A stretch of 64,000 nt of DNA from an uncultured Gemmatimonadaceae bacterium. Its GTDB lineage: Bacteria; Gemmatimonadota; Gemmatimonadetes; Gemmatimonadales; Gemmatimonadaceae. The position numbers and the translations under genes are program-made. This document shows, in pieces, positions 20,893 to 32,629 of the stretch. The DNA lies in NCBI GenBank assembly GCA_963843845.1, contig CAWJMB010000002.1, forward strand, positions 2,816,001 through 2,880,000, given 5' to 3'. Each line of letters starts with the position of its first letter. Position 1 is the stretch's first letter. The notes under the pieces were generated by a model. The model was not told where the DNA came from. It made no database searches and was given only the letters and a program-made list of their open reading frames with translations.

Positions 20893-22686
20893 GTGAAGAT
20901 CACGTCGAAATACATCCTGCGTGAGCACTTGGGTCCGCTGACGTTCTCGCTCGGCGCACTCACGTCGTTGCTGCTGCTCAACTACATCGCGCGCAAGTTC
21001 GGCGACCTGGTCGGCAAGGGGATTCCGTGGCAGGCGGTGGCCCAGTTCTTCGTGCTCTCGGTGCCGTTCACGATCGCCATGACGCTGCCGATGGCGGTCC
21101 TCGTCGCGGTGCTCTACGCCTTCAGCCGCCTCGCGTCCGAGAACGAGGTCACGGCGTTCAAGGCGAGCGGCGTGTCGATGGGACGGCTGCTCGCGCCGGT
21201 GCTGTGGGGCGCGACGCTCACGGCGGCGGGGATGATCTTCTTCAACGATCAGGTCCTGCCGCGCGCGAACCACCGTCTGAGCTGGCTGCAGGGCGAGATC
21301 GCCCGCACGTCGCCGACGATCGCGCTCAAGGAGCAGGTGCTGAACGAGTTCGGCGACGGCTTCCGCATCCGCACGGCGCGCATCGATCACTCGCACGAGA
21401 TGATGCACGACGTGACGATCTACGACATGAGCCAGACGGAGCCGCGCACGATCACGGCCGACAGCGGGCAGATGGGCATTCTCCCCGACGGCACCGACCT
21501 GCAGCTCACCCTGTTCGACGGGGACATCAAGTGGCTCGGCGCCGGCAAGCCGGACCAGCTGCAGCACATGCTCTACGACCGGCAGCTCGTGCGCGTGCGC
21601 AACGTGCTGAACAAGTTCGATCCGTCCAAGCCGGGGTCGGACGACTTCAAGAGCGACCGCGAGATGTCGATCTGCGAGCTGCAACGCGCCTACATCCGCG
21701 CCCGCACCGACTACTTCCGCGCGGAGCTCGACTACCGCGGCGCGCTCGCCGACTCGGCGAAGCGGCAGCGCCCCCGCTCCATCCCGCCGCGCCGCGTGTT
21801 CCTCGGCGTCGGCCGCCTCTATTGCGACGCGATCCAGGGCATCGGCTCGCTCATCGCGCGGCCGGCGCAGGCGCAGACGGTACAGCCGCCCGCCGCGCAG
21901 CCGCCCGCCGCGCAGCCCCCCCCCCCCGCCGCGCAGCCCCCCGCCGCGCAGCCGCCCGCCGCGCAGCCGCCGCGCCCGGACAGCGTTCGGCGTGACGGCC
22001 GGGACTCGGTTCGCCGCGACTCGGTGCGTGCGGACACGACGCGCCCGGCGCCGGCACCGCCGTCGCCAGCACCGGTCCTCCCGGCGGCCCCGGTCGTCCC
22101 GACCGTCCCGAGTGCCCCGGGAGTTCCGGCCGCCCAGCTCCCCCCGCCTGCCGTCAGCGCCGCCGACTCGGCCGCCGCGGCCGTCGCGCCGCCGGTCGTC
22201 GTTCCGCAGGCACCGGCCGGCACGCCGGTCGCCGAGGGGCCGAACGTCTTCGGCGCCACCACGCTCGATCTCACCCGCCTTCGCGTACGCGAGACGCGCG
22301 GCCAGATGAACGGCTACGACGTCGAGATCCACAAGAAGTTCGCGCTCGCCATCGCCTGCATCGTGTTCGTGCTGCTCGGCGCCCCGCTCGCCATCCGCTT
22401 TCCGCGCGGCGGCGTCGGCCTCGTCATCGGTGTGAGCCTGCTCGTGTTCGCCACCTACTACTCGTTCCTCATCGCCGGCGAGGAGCTCGCGAACCGCGGC
22501 TACCTCCCGCCCTGGATCTCGATGTGGGCGGCGAACGTGCTGTTCACGCTCGCCGCGCTCCCGCTCGCCTGGCGCATGGGACGCGAGAGCGGCTCGGCGC
22601 GCGGCGGCGGGGTCGGCGAGTGGCTCGACAACCTCCGCTTCCGCCGGCAGCGCGCGCGCGCCGTGTCTGCGGCGCGGCCGAGCTGA
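20893..22686 (+). CDS. lptF: LptF/LptG family LPS export permease with a large Pro/Ala-rich insertion
   Basis: KYILREHLGP, LPMAVLVAVL...RLASENEVTAFKASGVS, EIHKKFALAIACIVFVLLGAPL, WAANVLF. Confidence 0.88.
   Translation: MKITSKYILREHLGPLTFSLGALTSLLLLNYIARKFGDLVGKGIPWQAVAQFFVLSVPFTIAMTLPMAVLVAVLYAFSRLASENEVTAFKASGVSMGRLLAPVLWGATLTAAGMIFFNDQVLPRANHRLSWLQGEIARTSPTIALKEQVLNEFGDGFRIRTARIDHSHEMMHDVTIYDMSQTEPRTITADSGQMGILPDGTDLQLTLFDGDIKWLGAGKPDQLQHMLYDRQLVRVRNVLNKFDPSKPGSDDFKSDREMSICELQRAYIRARTDYFRAELDYRGALADSAKRQRPRSIPPRRVFLGVGRLYCDAIQGIGSLIARPAQAQTVQPPAAQPPAAQPPPPAAQPPAAQPPAAQPPRPDSVRRDGRDSVRRDSVRADTTRPAPAPPSPAPVLPAAPVVPTVPSAPGVPAAQLPPPAVSAADSAAAAVAPPVVVPQAPAGTPVAEGPNVFGATTLDLTRLRVRETRGQMNGYDVEIHKKFALAIACIVFVLLGAPLAIRFPRGGVGLVIGVSLLVFATYYSFLIAGEELANRGYLPPWISMWAANVLFTLAALPLAWRMGRESGSARGGGVGEWLDNLRFRRQRARAVSAARPS
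21883..21969 (+). repeat. 15-bp QPPAA-coding tandem repeat including a C12 tract (21916-21927)
   Basis: cagccgcccgccgcg units read directly. Confidence 0.8.
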
Positions 22687-22700
22687 GGGGCGAGCGACTC

Positions 22701-23798
22701 ATGCGACTTCTCGGCTTCCGCGTCGGCCGCGCGCTCGATCGGTACGTGTTCGCGGAGTTCATCAAGATCTTCGTCGTCACGGCACTCGGCTTCCCGGTGC
22801 TCGTCTTCGTCATCGACCTCGTCGAGAACCTGTCGAAGTTCCTGAACAAGAACGTGCCGAAGCCGGCGATCCTGATGTCGTACGTGTACTGGCTGCCGGA
22901 GACGATGTTCAACGTCCTGCCGGCGGCGGTGCTGTTCGCCACCGTGTTCACGGTCGGCGCGGTGACGCGGCACTCGGAGATCACCGCGGCGAAGGCCTCG
23001 GGGATCAGCTTCTATCGCTTCATCGTTCCCATCGTCGTCGGCGCCACGATCGCCATGGGACTCGGCCTCGGACTCGGCGAGCTGGCGCCGCGCTGGAACG
23101 CGAAGCGCCTCGCGCTCATCGGTGAGACGCGCAACTCGGCCGGCAACGTGCGCGTGCGCTTCGCCTACGCCGGCGAGGGGGGGCGCGTCTACCGCGCGCA
23201 GCAGCTGCTCGTCGATTCGGGCACCATGAGCCTCGTCGAGATCGAGCGGCGCGGAACCGGGCCCGACTACCCGACGCAGCTCATCGCCGCGAAAGACGCG
23301 AAGTGGACGGCCAGGAGAGGGTGGACGCTGCGGAGCGGCGCGTTCCACCTGCTGCCGACCGACACGAGCGACATCGCGTTCGCGTTCGACTCGCTCGTCG
23401 ACCGCCGCCTCGTCGAGCGTCCGCGCGACCTCATGCTCACCCCGAAGGCCCCCGACGACATGGGCTTCGCGGAGCTCGGGCGCCACATCGAGGCCCAGGC
23501 GCGGTCGGGGTCGGACGTGAACGCGCTCCGCGTGTCGCGCATGCTCAAGATCACGATCCCGGTGACGTGCGTGATCATCCTGCTCTTCGGCGCCCCGCTC
23601 GCGACGAGCACGCAGCGCGGCGGCGCGGCGTTCGGCGTCGGACTGTCGCTCGGCACGACGGTCGTGTTCCTCGTGCTGATCCAACTCACTCGCGCGATCG
23701 GTGGCAAAGGCGTGGTGCGGCCGGAGCTCGCGGCGTGGATCCCGTCGGCGCTCTTCGGCGTCGCGGGACTGATCCTGCTCGCGCGGACGCGCACCTAG
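22701..23798 (+). CDS. lptG: LptF/LptG family permease (LptG)
   Basis: [17 protein letters not shown]...[33 protein letters not shown]. Confidence 0.88.
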   Translation: MRLLGFRVGRALDRYVFAEFIKIFVVTALGFPVLVFVIDLVENLSKFLNKNVPKPAILMSYVYWLPETMFNVLPAAVLFATVFTVGAVTRHSEITAAKASGISFYRFIVPIVVGATIAMGLGLGLGELAPRWNAKRLALIGETRNSAGNVRVRFAYAGEGGRVYRAQQLLVDSGTMSLVEIERRGTGPDYPTQLIAAKDAKWTARRGWTLRSGAFHLLPTDTSDIAFAFDSLVDRRLVERPRDLMLTPKAPDDMGFAELGRHIEAQARSGSDVNALRVSRMLKITIPVTCVIILLFGAPLATSTQRGGAAFGVGLSLGTTVVFLVLIQLTRAIGGKGVVRPELAAWIPSALFGVAGLILLARTRT

Positions 23799-23823
23799 AT
23801 GCTCGGCGCGGACGGAGTGTGAG

Positions 23824-25269
23824 TTGACGCCGACCGCGCCGAGCACGGGCCGCATCCTCATCGTCTCGAACCGGCTGCCGGTCACCGCGAGCCTCGTCGA
23901 CGGCCGGCTCGTCGTCACCCGCAGCAGCGGCGGATTGGCGACGGGGCTCGCTCGACCGCACGAGCGCTCGGGCGGGCTCTGGATCGGCTGGCCTGGAAAC
24001 GTCGCGGCCGGTGACCCCCACGCGGACGACCCGCACGCGGACGACGCACACGCCGAGGAGCTCCGGCGTGAGCTGGCGTCGCTCCGCCTCGTTCCCGTCT
24101 CGCTCTCGGCGAGCGAGGTCGACGTGTTCTACGAGCGCGTCTCGAACGCCGTGCTCTGGCCACTCTTCCACGACCGGCTCGACCGGCTGCCGCTCGCGGT
24201 CGAAGGGTGGGACGTGTACGATGCCGTCAACGCCCGCTTCGCCGACGTCGTGGCCGCGCAGTATCGCCCCGGCGACACGATCTGGGTCCACGACTATCAG
24301 CTCCTCCGCCTGCCGGCGCTCCTGCGCGAGCGCATTCCGCACGCGCGGATCGGATTCTTCCTGCACATCCCCTTCCCCCCGGCCGACCTGTTCGCGACCC
24401 TCGCGCCGCGGCGCTGGCTGCTGGAAGGGCTGCTCGGCGCCGATCTGATCGGCTTCCACACGCACCGCTACCTGCACCACTTCCGCGACGCGGCCGCGCG
24501 CCTCCTCGGCCTGCCGCACGACGACGGCGCACCGATCGAGTGGCGCGGGCGCGCGGTGCGGGTCGGCGTCTTCCCCATGGGTGTCGACGCCGCCGCCCTG
24601 GCCTCGCAGGCCGAGCACCGCGACGTGACGGCGGCGATGCATTCCTTCCGCGGCGACCGCACCCGCCTGCTCCTGGGCGTCGACCGGCTCGACTACAGCA
24701 AGGGGATCCCGCGCCGCCTGCTCGCGATCGAGCGGCTGCTGCAACGCCACCCGGAATGGCACGAGCGCGTCCGGCTGACGCAGGTCGCCGTGCCGTCGCG
24801 CGGCGGCGTCGACGCCTACCGCCGATTCCGCGATCAGGTGAACGCGCTCGTCGGGCGGATCAACGGCGAGTTCGCGACGCCGACGTGGACCCCCGTGCAG
24901 TACATCCATCGCAGCGTCTCATCGACGACGCTGCTCGCGCTGTACCGTGCGGCCGACGTCATGCTCGTCACGCCGGTCCGCGACGGCATGAACCTCGTCG
25001 CGAAAGAGTTCGTCGCGGCGCGCATCGACGAGGACGGCGTGCTCGTGCTGAGCGAGTTCGCCGGGGCCGCCGCGGAGCTGAGCGACGCCGTGCTCGTGAA
25101 CCCGTACGACCTGGACGGCACCGCGGACGCGATCGACGCGGCGCTGCGCATGGACGGCGCCCAGCGCCGACGCCGCATGTGGGCACTCCGCCGACACGTG
25201 ATGGAGAACGATGTGCACCGCTGGGCCGCGTCGTTCATCGACGCGCTCGGCGGCGCCGGCGCCGGCTGA
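23824..25269 (+). CDS. otsA: Trehalose-6-phosphate synthase
   Basis: [63 protein letters not shown]. Confidence 0.95.
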   Translation: MTPTAPSTGRILIVSNRLPVTASLVDGRLVVTRSSGGLATGLARPHERSGGLWIGWPGNVAAGDPHADDPHADDAHAEELRRELASLRLVPVSLSASEVDVFYERVSNAVLWPLFHDRLDRLPLAVEGWDVYDAVNARFADVVAAQYRPGDTIWVHDYQLLRLPALLRERIPHARIGFFLHIPFPPADLFATLAPRRWLLEGLLGADLIGFHTHRYLHHFRDAAARLLGLPHDDGAPIEWRGRAVRVGVFPMGVDAAALASQAEHRDVTAAMHSFRGDRTRLLLGVDRLDYSKGIPRRLLAIERLLQRHPEWHERVRLTQVAVPSRGGVDAYRRFRDQVNALVGRINGEFATPTWTPVQYIHRSVSSTTLLALYRAADVMLVTPVRDGMNLVAKEFVAARIDEDGVLVLSEFAGAAAELSDAVLVNPYDLDGTADAIDAALRMDGAQRRRRMWALRRHVMENDVHRWAASFIDALGGAGAG

Positions 25270-25312
25270 CGGCCGCGCCCTCCGGTACCACCGCCCTCCC
25301 GCGCCCCTTCGC

Positions 25313-26347
25313 ATGCAATTCGACATCTCCGAAGCCTGGACGACGACGCAGCGGCTCTCGAACTCGGCGGTCGCGGCGATCCCGCGATTCATTCTCGCCG
25401 CCGTCGTCCTCCTCATCTTCGTGCTCATCGGACGCGGCATCCGCTCGCTCGTCCGGCGCACCGCAGCGCGCGTCTCGCGCGGGGGGCAGGAGCATCACAC
25501 GCTGGAGCGGGCGCTCGGGCGCGTCGCGCAGGGCGTCGTCGTCATCGTCGGCGTGCTCGTCGCGACGACGGCGGCCTTCCCGTCGTTCACGCCGGCGAAT
25601 CTCGTCAGCACGCTCGGCATCAGCGGCGTCGCGATCGGCTTCGCGTTCAAGGACATCTTCCAGAACTTCCTCGCCGGGCTCCTCCTCCTCATCACGCGTC
25701 CGTTCGTCGTCGGCGACCAGATCCGCTTCCAGGGCGAGGAGGGAACCGTCGAGGACATCCAGACGCGTGCGACGTTCCTCAAGACCTACGACGGGCGCCG
25801 CGTCGTGATCCCGAACGCCGAGCTGTTCACGAATTCCGTGGTCGTGAACACCGCGTTCCCGCAGCGGCGCTCGCAGTACGACATCGGCATCGGCTACGGC
25901 GACGACGTCGCCAAGGCGAGGGAGATCATCCTCGGTGTGCTGCGCGACGCCGAGGGCGTGTCTGCGGACCCGAAGGCCGACGTCATCCTCGTCGACCTCG
26001 CCGGGTCGAGCGTGAATCTCCGCGCGCGGTGGTGGAGCGATTCGCGCATGGGAGACGTCCTCGTCGCGCAGGACCGGGTGCTCACCGAGGCGAAGCGGCG
26101 GCTGACCGCCGCCGGCATCGACCTGCCGTTCCCGACGCAGCAGATCCTCCTCCACGATCAGACCGAGGAGACCGACGGCGACCGGCGCCGCCAGCGCGAG
26201 GGGTGGCCTGCGGGCGACGGTGACGTGCCGCGGACGCGCGCCGCCGTGCGTGATGACCAGGCCCGCGCTCGTGAGACGCCGGCCGCCGGCGCCGAGCCGG
26301 GTGAGTCGACCGACCGCCCGAGTTCGCCACCCGGACGGCGAACATGA
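25313..26347 (+). CDS. mscS: Small-conductance mechanosensitive channel
   Basis: LGISGVAIGFAFKDIFQNFLAG, RPFVVGDQI, GTVEDIQTRAT, IPNAELF, GIDLPFP. Confidence 0.9.
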   Translation: MQFDISEAWTTTQRLSNSAVAAIPRFILAAVVLLIFVLIGRGIRSLVRRTAARVSRGGQEHHTLERALGRVAQGVVVIVGVLVATTAAFPSFTPANLVSTLGISGVAIGFAFKDIFQNFLAGLLLLITRPFVVGDQIRFQGEEGTVEDIQTRATFLKTYDGRRVVIPNAELFTNSVVVNTAFPQRRSQYDIGIGYGDDVAKAREIILGVLRDAEGVSADPKADVILVDLAGSSVNLRARWWSDSRMGDVLVAQDRVLTEAKRRLTAAGIDLPFPTQQILLHDQTEETDGDRRRQREGWPAGDGDVPRTRAAVRDDQARARETPAAGAEPGESTDRPSSPPGRRT

Positions 26348-27570
26348 GTCGATCGTATCTCGCGGCGCTCGCGGCCGTCGCGGTCGCCATCCTCGCCGTC
26401 GGCCTCGTCGTCCGACGATCGCTGACCCACGTCGACCGGATGCCGGCGGCCGCGCCCCCGAGTGAGGCCGCGGCGCTGCAGCAACTCTCGCGGGAAGGCG
26501 ATCTGCGCGCGATCGCCGAGTTCGTCGACGAGCGCGTCCGCAGCTCGGCGTCGCGCGTCGTGTTCGCTCCGGAGACCCAGACCGCGGGCATTCGCTGGAC
26601 GGCCGACACGGTCCTCGCGACGCGCGACGAGCAGCCGATCGTCGCCCTGCGCCTCCCGGCCGGCGACAGCGTGCGCCCGTCCCTCGCACGGTCGGCCGAC
26701 GACTCGACCGATCGCGCCATGGCGCTGCGAATGCGGCACCGCTGGGTCATCGCGATCGGCCGGCACGCCAGCGGCGGCGTGGTCTCGACCGCCTCGCTCG
26801 CCGGCGGGTTGACGAGCGCTCCGTGCGGCGACCGCGCGGTCGAGGCCTTCGTGCTCGGCACCGCGCTCGACGACCAGTTCGCCGGCGCCGGGCTCTTCGC
26901 GCTCGACGGCCGGCTGGTCGGCATGGCCGTGCGCTGCGCCGGTCGCGTCGTCGGCGTGCCGACCGCGGAGGTCGTCCGGCTGCTCGCCGACGCGCTCTCC
27001 ACCGCGCAGCGCGTGCGGCGTGACTTCGGCTTCGCGGCGACGCCGCTCGATGGGCGCGGTCAGGCGCTCTTCGGGGTGAACGCCGGGCTGCTCGTCACCG
27101 AAGCCGATCCGTCGCGCCTCGCCGCCACGCTGCGGGTCGGCGACGTGCTCCTCGCCGTCGACAGCGCGCCGGTCGCGACGGCCGAGGACCTGACCCGCGT
27201 CGCGGTCGCCGCGGAGAGCGTGACCGTCACGCGACGTCGGGGCGCGACGGTGTCCACCGTCCGCCTCGGGCGCCGCGCGGCCGCCGCGGAGGACGTCGCC
27301 GATCCCCTCACCGCGCTGGGCCTCCAGCTCGCGAGGGCGACCGATGCCGCGACGATCGAGGCGGTTCGTCTCGCGTCGCCCGCCGCGCTCGGTGGGCTGC
27401 GCCCCGGCGACCGGATCGTCCGCGTCGACGGCGAGGCCGTGCGATCGGCCGCGGACGTGCGCCGGCGACTGGCCGCGTCGCGCGCCGGGAACGCGTTCGT
27501 CGTCGTGGCGCGCGGCGCGATCGAGCGCGGCGTTCTCGTGCCGCTCGGATCGAGCCCGGCCGATCGATGA
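26344..27570 (+). CDS. Membrane-anchored protein with a degenerate trypsin-like region and two PDZ domains
   Basis: N-terminal TM; AGAGLFALDGRLVGM at the HtrA GNSGG position; LRVGDVLLAVD and SPAALGGLRPGDRIVRVDG PDZ motifs. Confidence 0.7.
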   Translation: MSRSYLAALAAVAVAILAVGLVVRRSLTHVDRMPAAAPPSEAAALQQLSREGDLRAIAEFVDERVRSSASRVVFAPETQTAGIRWTADTVLATRDEQPIVALRLPAGDSVRPSLARSADDSTDRAMALRMRHRWVIAIGRHASGGVVSTASLAGGLTSAPCGDRAVEAFVLGTALDDQFAGAGLFALDGRLVGMAVRCAGRVVGVPTAEVVRLLADALSTAQRVRRDFGFAATPLDGRGQALFGVNAGLLVTEADPSRLAATLRVGDVLLAVDSAPVATAEDLTRVAVAAESVTVTRRRGATVSTVRLGRRAAAAEDVADPLTALGLQLARATDAATIEAVRLASPAALGGLRPGDRIVRVDGEAVRSAADVRRRLAASRAGNAFVVVARGAIERGVLVPLGSSPADR

Positions 27571-28805
27571 GCGAGCTGGCGTCGCTCGGTCTCATCCTGC
27601 TCTCCGCCCTCCTCGTCGGGCACCTCGTCAAGTTCGCCCGCATCCCCGAGGTCACCGGCTACCTGATCTCGGGGATGCTCGTCGGGCCGTCCGTGCTGGG
27701 GTGGGTGTCGCACGAGAACCTCGAGGCGCTGCACGTGTTCAGCGAGGTCGGACTCGGCCTCATCCTGTTCTCGATCGGCGGCGTGTTCGAGGTCTCGCGG
27801 CTGCGCGGCATGGGTCGGCGACTGCTGACCGTCACGCTCGCCGAATCGCTGCTGGCGGCGGGACTGGTTGGGGGCGGGATGCTCGTCGTCGGGCAGCCGT
27901 GGCCGATCGCGCTCCTGTTGGGCGCGATCGCCGTCGAGACGGGGGCGGCGTCGACGCTCATGGTGATCCGCGAGAACAACGCCGCCGGGCCGTTCACCGA
28001 GACGCTCACCGGGATCATCGGGCTGAACAACGTGTTCGCGCTCATCGCGTTCAGCCTCGCGGCCGTCGTGCTCGACCTCAGCGCGATGGCGAGCGGTGCG
28101 TCCGGGGCCGGAGTCAGTGTCGACGGCGTGCTGCGCGCGGTGTTCCCCCTCGTCTGGCAGCTCGTCGGGTCGAGCGCGCTCGGCTTCCTCGTCGGACTGC
28201 TGCTCGCGTCGTGGGCGGCGAAGGTCGTCGAGTCGGGCGAGGTGCTGATCCTCCTCGTCGGCTGCGTGCTGCTCACCGTCGGCGCCGCGGGCACGTTCGG
28301 GCTCTCGCCGCTCGTCGCCAGCCTCGCCGTCGGCGCGACGATGACGAACCTCTCGAGCAAGAGCCGTCGGCTGTTCGATGCGCTCGGCCGCACCGATCCC
28401 CCGCTCTACGTGATCTTCTTCGTGCTCGCCGGGGCGGACCTGAACCTGGCGCTGCTGCCGTCCTTGGGCGTGCTCGGCGCCGTGTACGTGCTCTGTCGCG
28501 CGGCCGGCAAGTTCGGCGGCGCCTGGCTGGCAGCGCGGCGGGAGTCGTTCCCGCACTCGGTGCAGCCGCTGTTCGGGCTCTCGCTGTTCGCGCAGGCGGG
28601 GCTCGCGGTCGGGCTCGTGCTCGTCACCCGCGAGCGCTTTCCCGAGATCGCGCCGACGGTGTCGACCGTCGTCCTCGGCGCCGTCGTCGTGTTCGAGATC
28701 GCGGGCCCGCTCAGCGCACGACTGGCGCTCGACCGCAGCGGCGAGTCGCGCGCGCAGGACGCCGATCCCCTCCTTCCGCTCGACCCAGAGGCGACCAGCT
28801 CATGA
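27567..28805 (+). CDS. Cation:proton antiporter (Na+/H+ exchanger family)
   Basis: IPEVTGYLISGMLVGPS, ILFSIGG, FFVLAGA, multi-TM. Confidence 0.85.
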   Translation: MSELASLGLILLSALLVGHLVKFARIPEVTGYLISGMLVGPSVLGWVSHENLEALHVFSEVGLGLILFSIGGVFEVSRLRGMGRRLLTVTLAESLLAAGLVGGGMLVVGQPWPIALLLGAIAVETGAASTLMVIRENNAAGPFTETLTGIIGLNNVFALIAFSLAAVVLDLSAMASGASGAGVSVDGVLRAVFPLVWQLVGSSALGFLVGLLLASWAAKVVESGEVLILLVGCVLLTVGAAGTFGLSPLVASLAVGATMTNLSSKSRRLFDALGRTDPPLYVIFFVLAGADLNLALLPSLGVLGAVYVLCRAAGKFGGAWLAARRESFPHSVQPLFGLSLFAQAGLAVGLVLVTRERFPEIAPTVSTVVLGAVVVFEIAGPLSARLALDRSGESRAQDADPLLPLDPEATSS

Positions 28806-30173
28806 GTGACGGGCGTGCGTAACCCATTCGGCCGACTCCGCGCCGCGTGGCGGCAGCTGCGCGAGAGCCTGTGGTTCGTGCCCACACTCCTCGTCGTCGG
28901 CGGCATCGGCCTCGCCGTGGCCCTCGTCGAGCTCTCCAGTCGCGTCGACCGCACGCTGCTCTACGAGATGCCGCGCCTCTTCGGTGCGAGCGCGGACAGC
29001 TCACGCGCCATGCTCGGCGCCATCGCCGGGTCCATGATCACCGTCGCGGGCCTGTCCTTCTCGCTCACCATGCTCGCCGTCACGCAGGCGTCGAGTCAGT
29101 ACACGCCGCGGATCCTGCGCAACTTCATGGGCGACCGCGCGAACCAGACGGTGCTCGGCGTGTTCGTCGGCGTGTTCGCCTACTGCATCGTCGTGCTCCG
29201 CACCATCCGCGGCGGGAGCGAGGAAGGGGTCGCCGAGTTCGTGCCGTCGATCGCCGTGCTCATGGGCGTACTGCTCGCGATCGTCGCCGTCGGCGTGCTG
29301 ATCTTCTTCGTGCACCACATCGCGACGAGCCTGCAGGCGTCGACGATCCTCCGACGCGTCGCGCGCGACACCGTCGCCGCGGTCGACCGCCTCTTCCCCG
29401 ACGAGCTGGGCGACGAGGCCGCGCCCGGCGCGGCGGCGCACACACTCCACGACATCCCGCCGTCGGCATGGCGCCCGGCGCCATCGACCGTCACGGGCTA
29501 CGTGCAGTCGGTGGACGCGCCGGCGCTGCTGCGGATCGCGCGCGACGCGTCGTGCGTGGTCCGGATGGAGCGCGCCGTCGGCGAGTTCGTCGTCGATGGG
29601 ATGCCGCTCGCCGCGATCGCGCCGCGGACGGGGGGTGGCGGCGACGACGACGACGACGACGTCGCGCGCTCGGTCGCGGGCTGCTTCACCGTGGCCGGCG
29701 TACCGCACGGTCGACCAGGACGCGGGGTTCGGCATCCGCCAGCTCGTGGACATCGCGCTCAAGGCGCTCTCTCCCGGGATCAACGACACGACCACGGCGG
29801 TGAGCTGCGTCGACTACCTCGGCGCGGTGCTCGTCCGACTCGCCAGCCGGCGCGTCGAGGAGCGCGCGCGCGGCGAGGACGGCGAGCTCTACGTGATCGC
29901 GCGCGGAGCCACGTTCGAGTCGCTCCTCGCCGCAGCGGTCGACGAGATCCGGCAGAACGCCGCGGGGAACGTCAGCGTCCTCGTCCGGCTGATCGACGTC
30001 CTCGGGTGGGTCGGCGACGCGACGGCCACCCCCGCACGACGCCGACTGGTCGACGAGCAGACGGCGCTCGTCGCGTCCGACGCGGAGCGCACGGTGGCCG
30101 CGGAGCACGACCGCGCGCGCCTGCGCGCGCTCGTCGGCCATCGCGCGGTCGACGCGCCTCCGGTCGCGTCGCG

Positions 30174-30177
<4 letters not shown>
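28806..30177 (+). CDS. DUF2254 family membrane protein (frameshift near 29695-29701)
   Basis: LRESLWFVP, ASSQYTPRILRNF, GYVQSVD; second frame RTVDQDAGFGIRQLVDIALKALSPGINDTTTA. Confidence 0.85.
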
Positions 30178-31595
<1,418 letters not shown>

Positions 31596-31773
31596 GGAGG
31601 TCGAGCGGAGGTGGAGGCGCAGGCGCGGTCGGCTACGGGGGGGACCGGGTGCACACTAACAGGTTCCGCGCGCCGGTCCTGACGCGGAGCGCATGTCGCG
31701 GCGTACCCTGCGCCCCGCGCGAGGTGCGCCGGGTCGTCCGCCTGGCGCGGACTGTGCCGATGGATTGGCGCCT

Positions 31774-32622
31774 GTGACGACACCCAATCAGGCGATCGCC
31801 GCGAGACCGCGCGCCCGGGCGCGCCGGCGCCGCTACTCGTTTCCGCTCTCGCGCCGCACCGCGCGCGCGGCGCGCGCGTTCCTGCAGGGCGTCGGCGCGC
31901 GCGGCTACTTCGCGCGCGACATCGGCCGCGCCGTCGGCGAGCCGCGCACCTGGCTCGCCGAATCGATCCGCCAGATGCGCGGCATGGGCGTCGATTCGCT
32001 CCCGCTCGTGCTCGTCGTCTCCGCGTTCCTCGGCGGCGTCACGGCGTTCCAGTCGTACTACCAGCTGTTCGCCGGCGTGCAGCTCTCGGTGTTGGGGCTG
32101 CTCGTGCGCGGCTCGATCGTGCTCGAGCTCGGGCCGCTGCTCACGGCGCTCGTGCTCTGCGGTCGGGTCGGCGCCCGCATGACGGCGGAGATCGGGACGA
32201 TGCGCGTCACCGAGCAGATCGACGCCCTCGAGACGCTCGCCTACGATCCGGTCGCGTTTCTCGCGCTGCCGCGCGTGCTCGCGGCGTTCGTGATGTTCCC
32301 CGTCCTCGTCGTCATCGCGAACGCGACGGCGATCGTCGTCGCCTGGATGACGTTGCTCGTCGCGACTCCGGTCACGTCGCAGGACTACGTCACGGGGCTC
32401 CGGCTGTCGTTCACGCCGTTCCAGGCGATCTACGGGCTGATCAAGGCGTTCTTCTTCGGCGGCGCGGTCGCGTTCTTCTGCTCGTACGAAGGCTACGTGA
32501 CTGGCGCCGGCGCCGAGGGCGTCGGCCGCTCGACGGCGCGCGCCGTCGTCATCGGCTCGATGGCGATTCTCGTGCTCGACGCGGTCATCGCCGCGGCGCT
32601 CGCGCAATACGTGAGATCCTGA
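31774..32622 (+). CDS. mlaE: MlaE-family ABC permease
   Basis: GVDSLPLV, ELGPLLTAL...GRVGARMTAEIGTMRVTEQIDALE, GAEGVGRST. Start uncertain (31693 or 31774). Confidence 0.9.
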   Translation: MTTPNQAIAARPRARARRRRYSFPLSRRTARAARAFLQGVGARGYFARDIGRAVGEPRTWLAESIRQMRGMGVDSLPLVLVVSAFLGGVTAFQSYYQLFAGVQLSVLGLLVRGSIVLELGPLLTALVLCGRVGARMTAEIGTMRVTEQIDALETLAYDPVAFLALPRVLAAFVMFPVLVVIANATAIVVAWMTLLVATPVTSQDYVTGLRLSFTPFQAIYGLIKAFFFGGAVAFFCSYEGYVTGAGAEGVGRSTARAVVIGSMAILVLDAVIAAALAQYVRS

Positions 32623-32629
32623 GGCATAC

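Noticed and set aside
24013..24054. DPHAD-type 15-bp repeats in otsA; poly-Asp in DUF2254 near 29643-29660
   Set aside because: Short low-complexity loop expansions with no supportable function.
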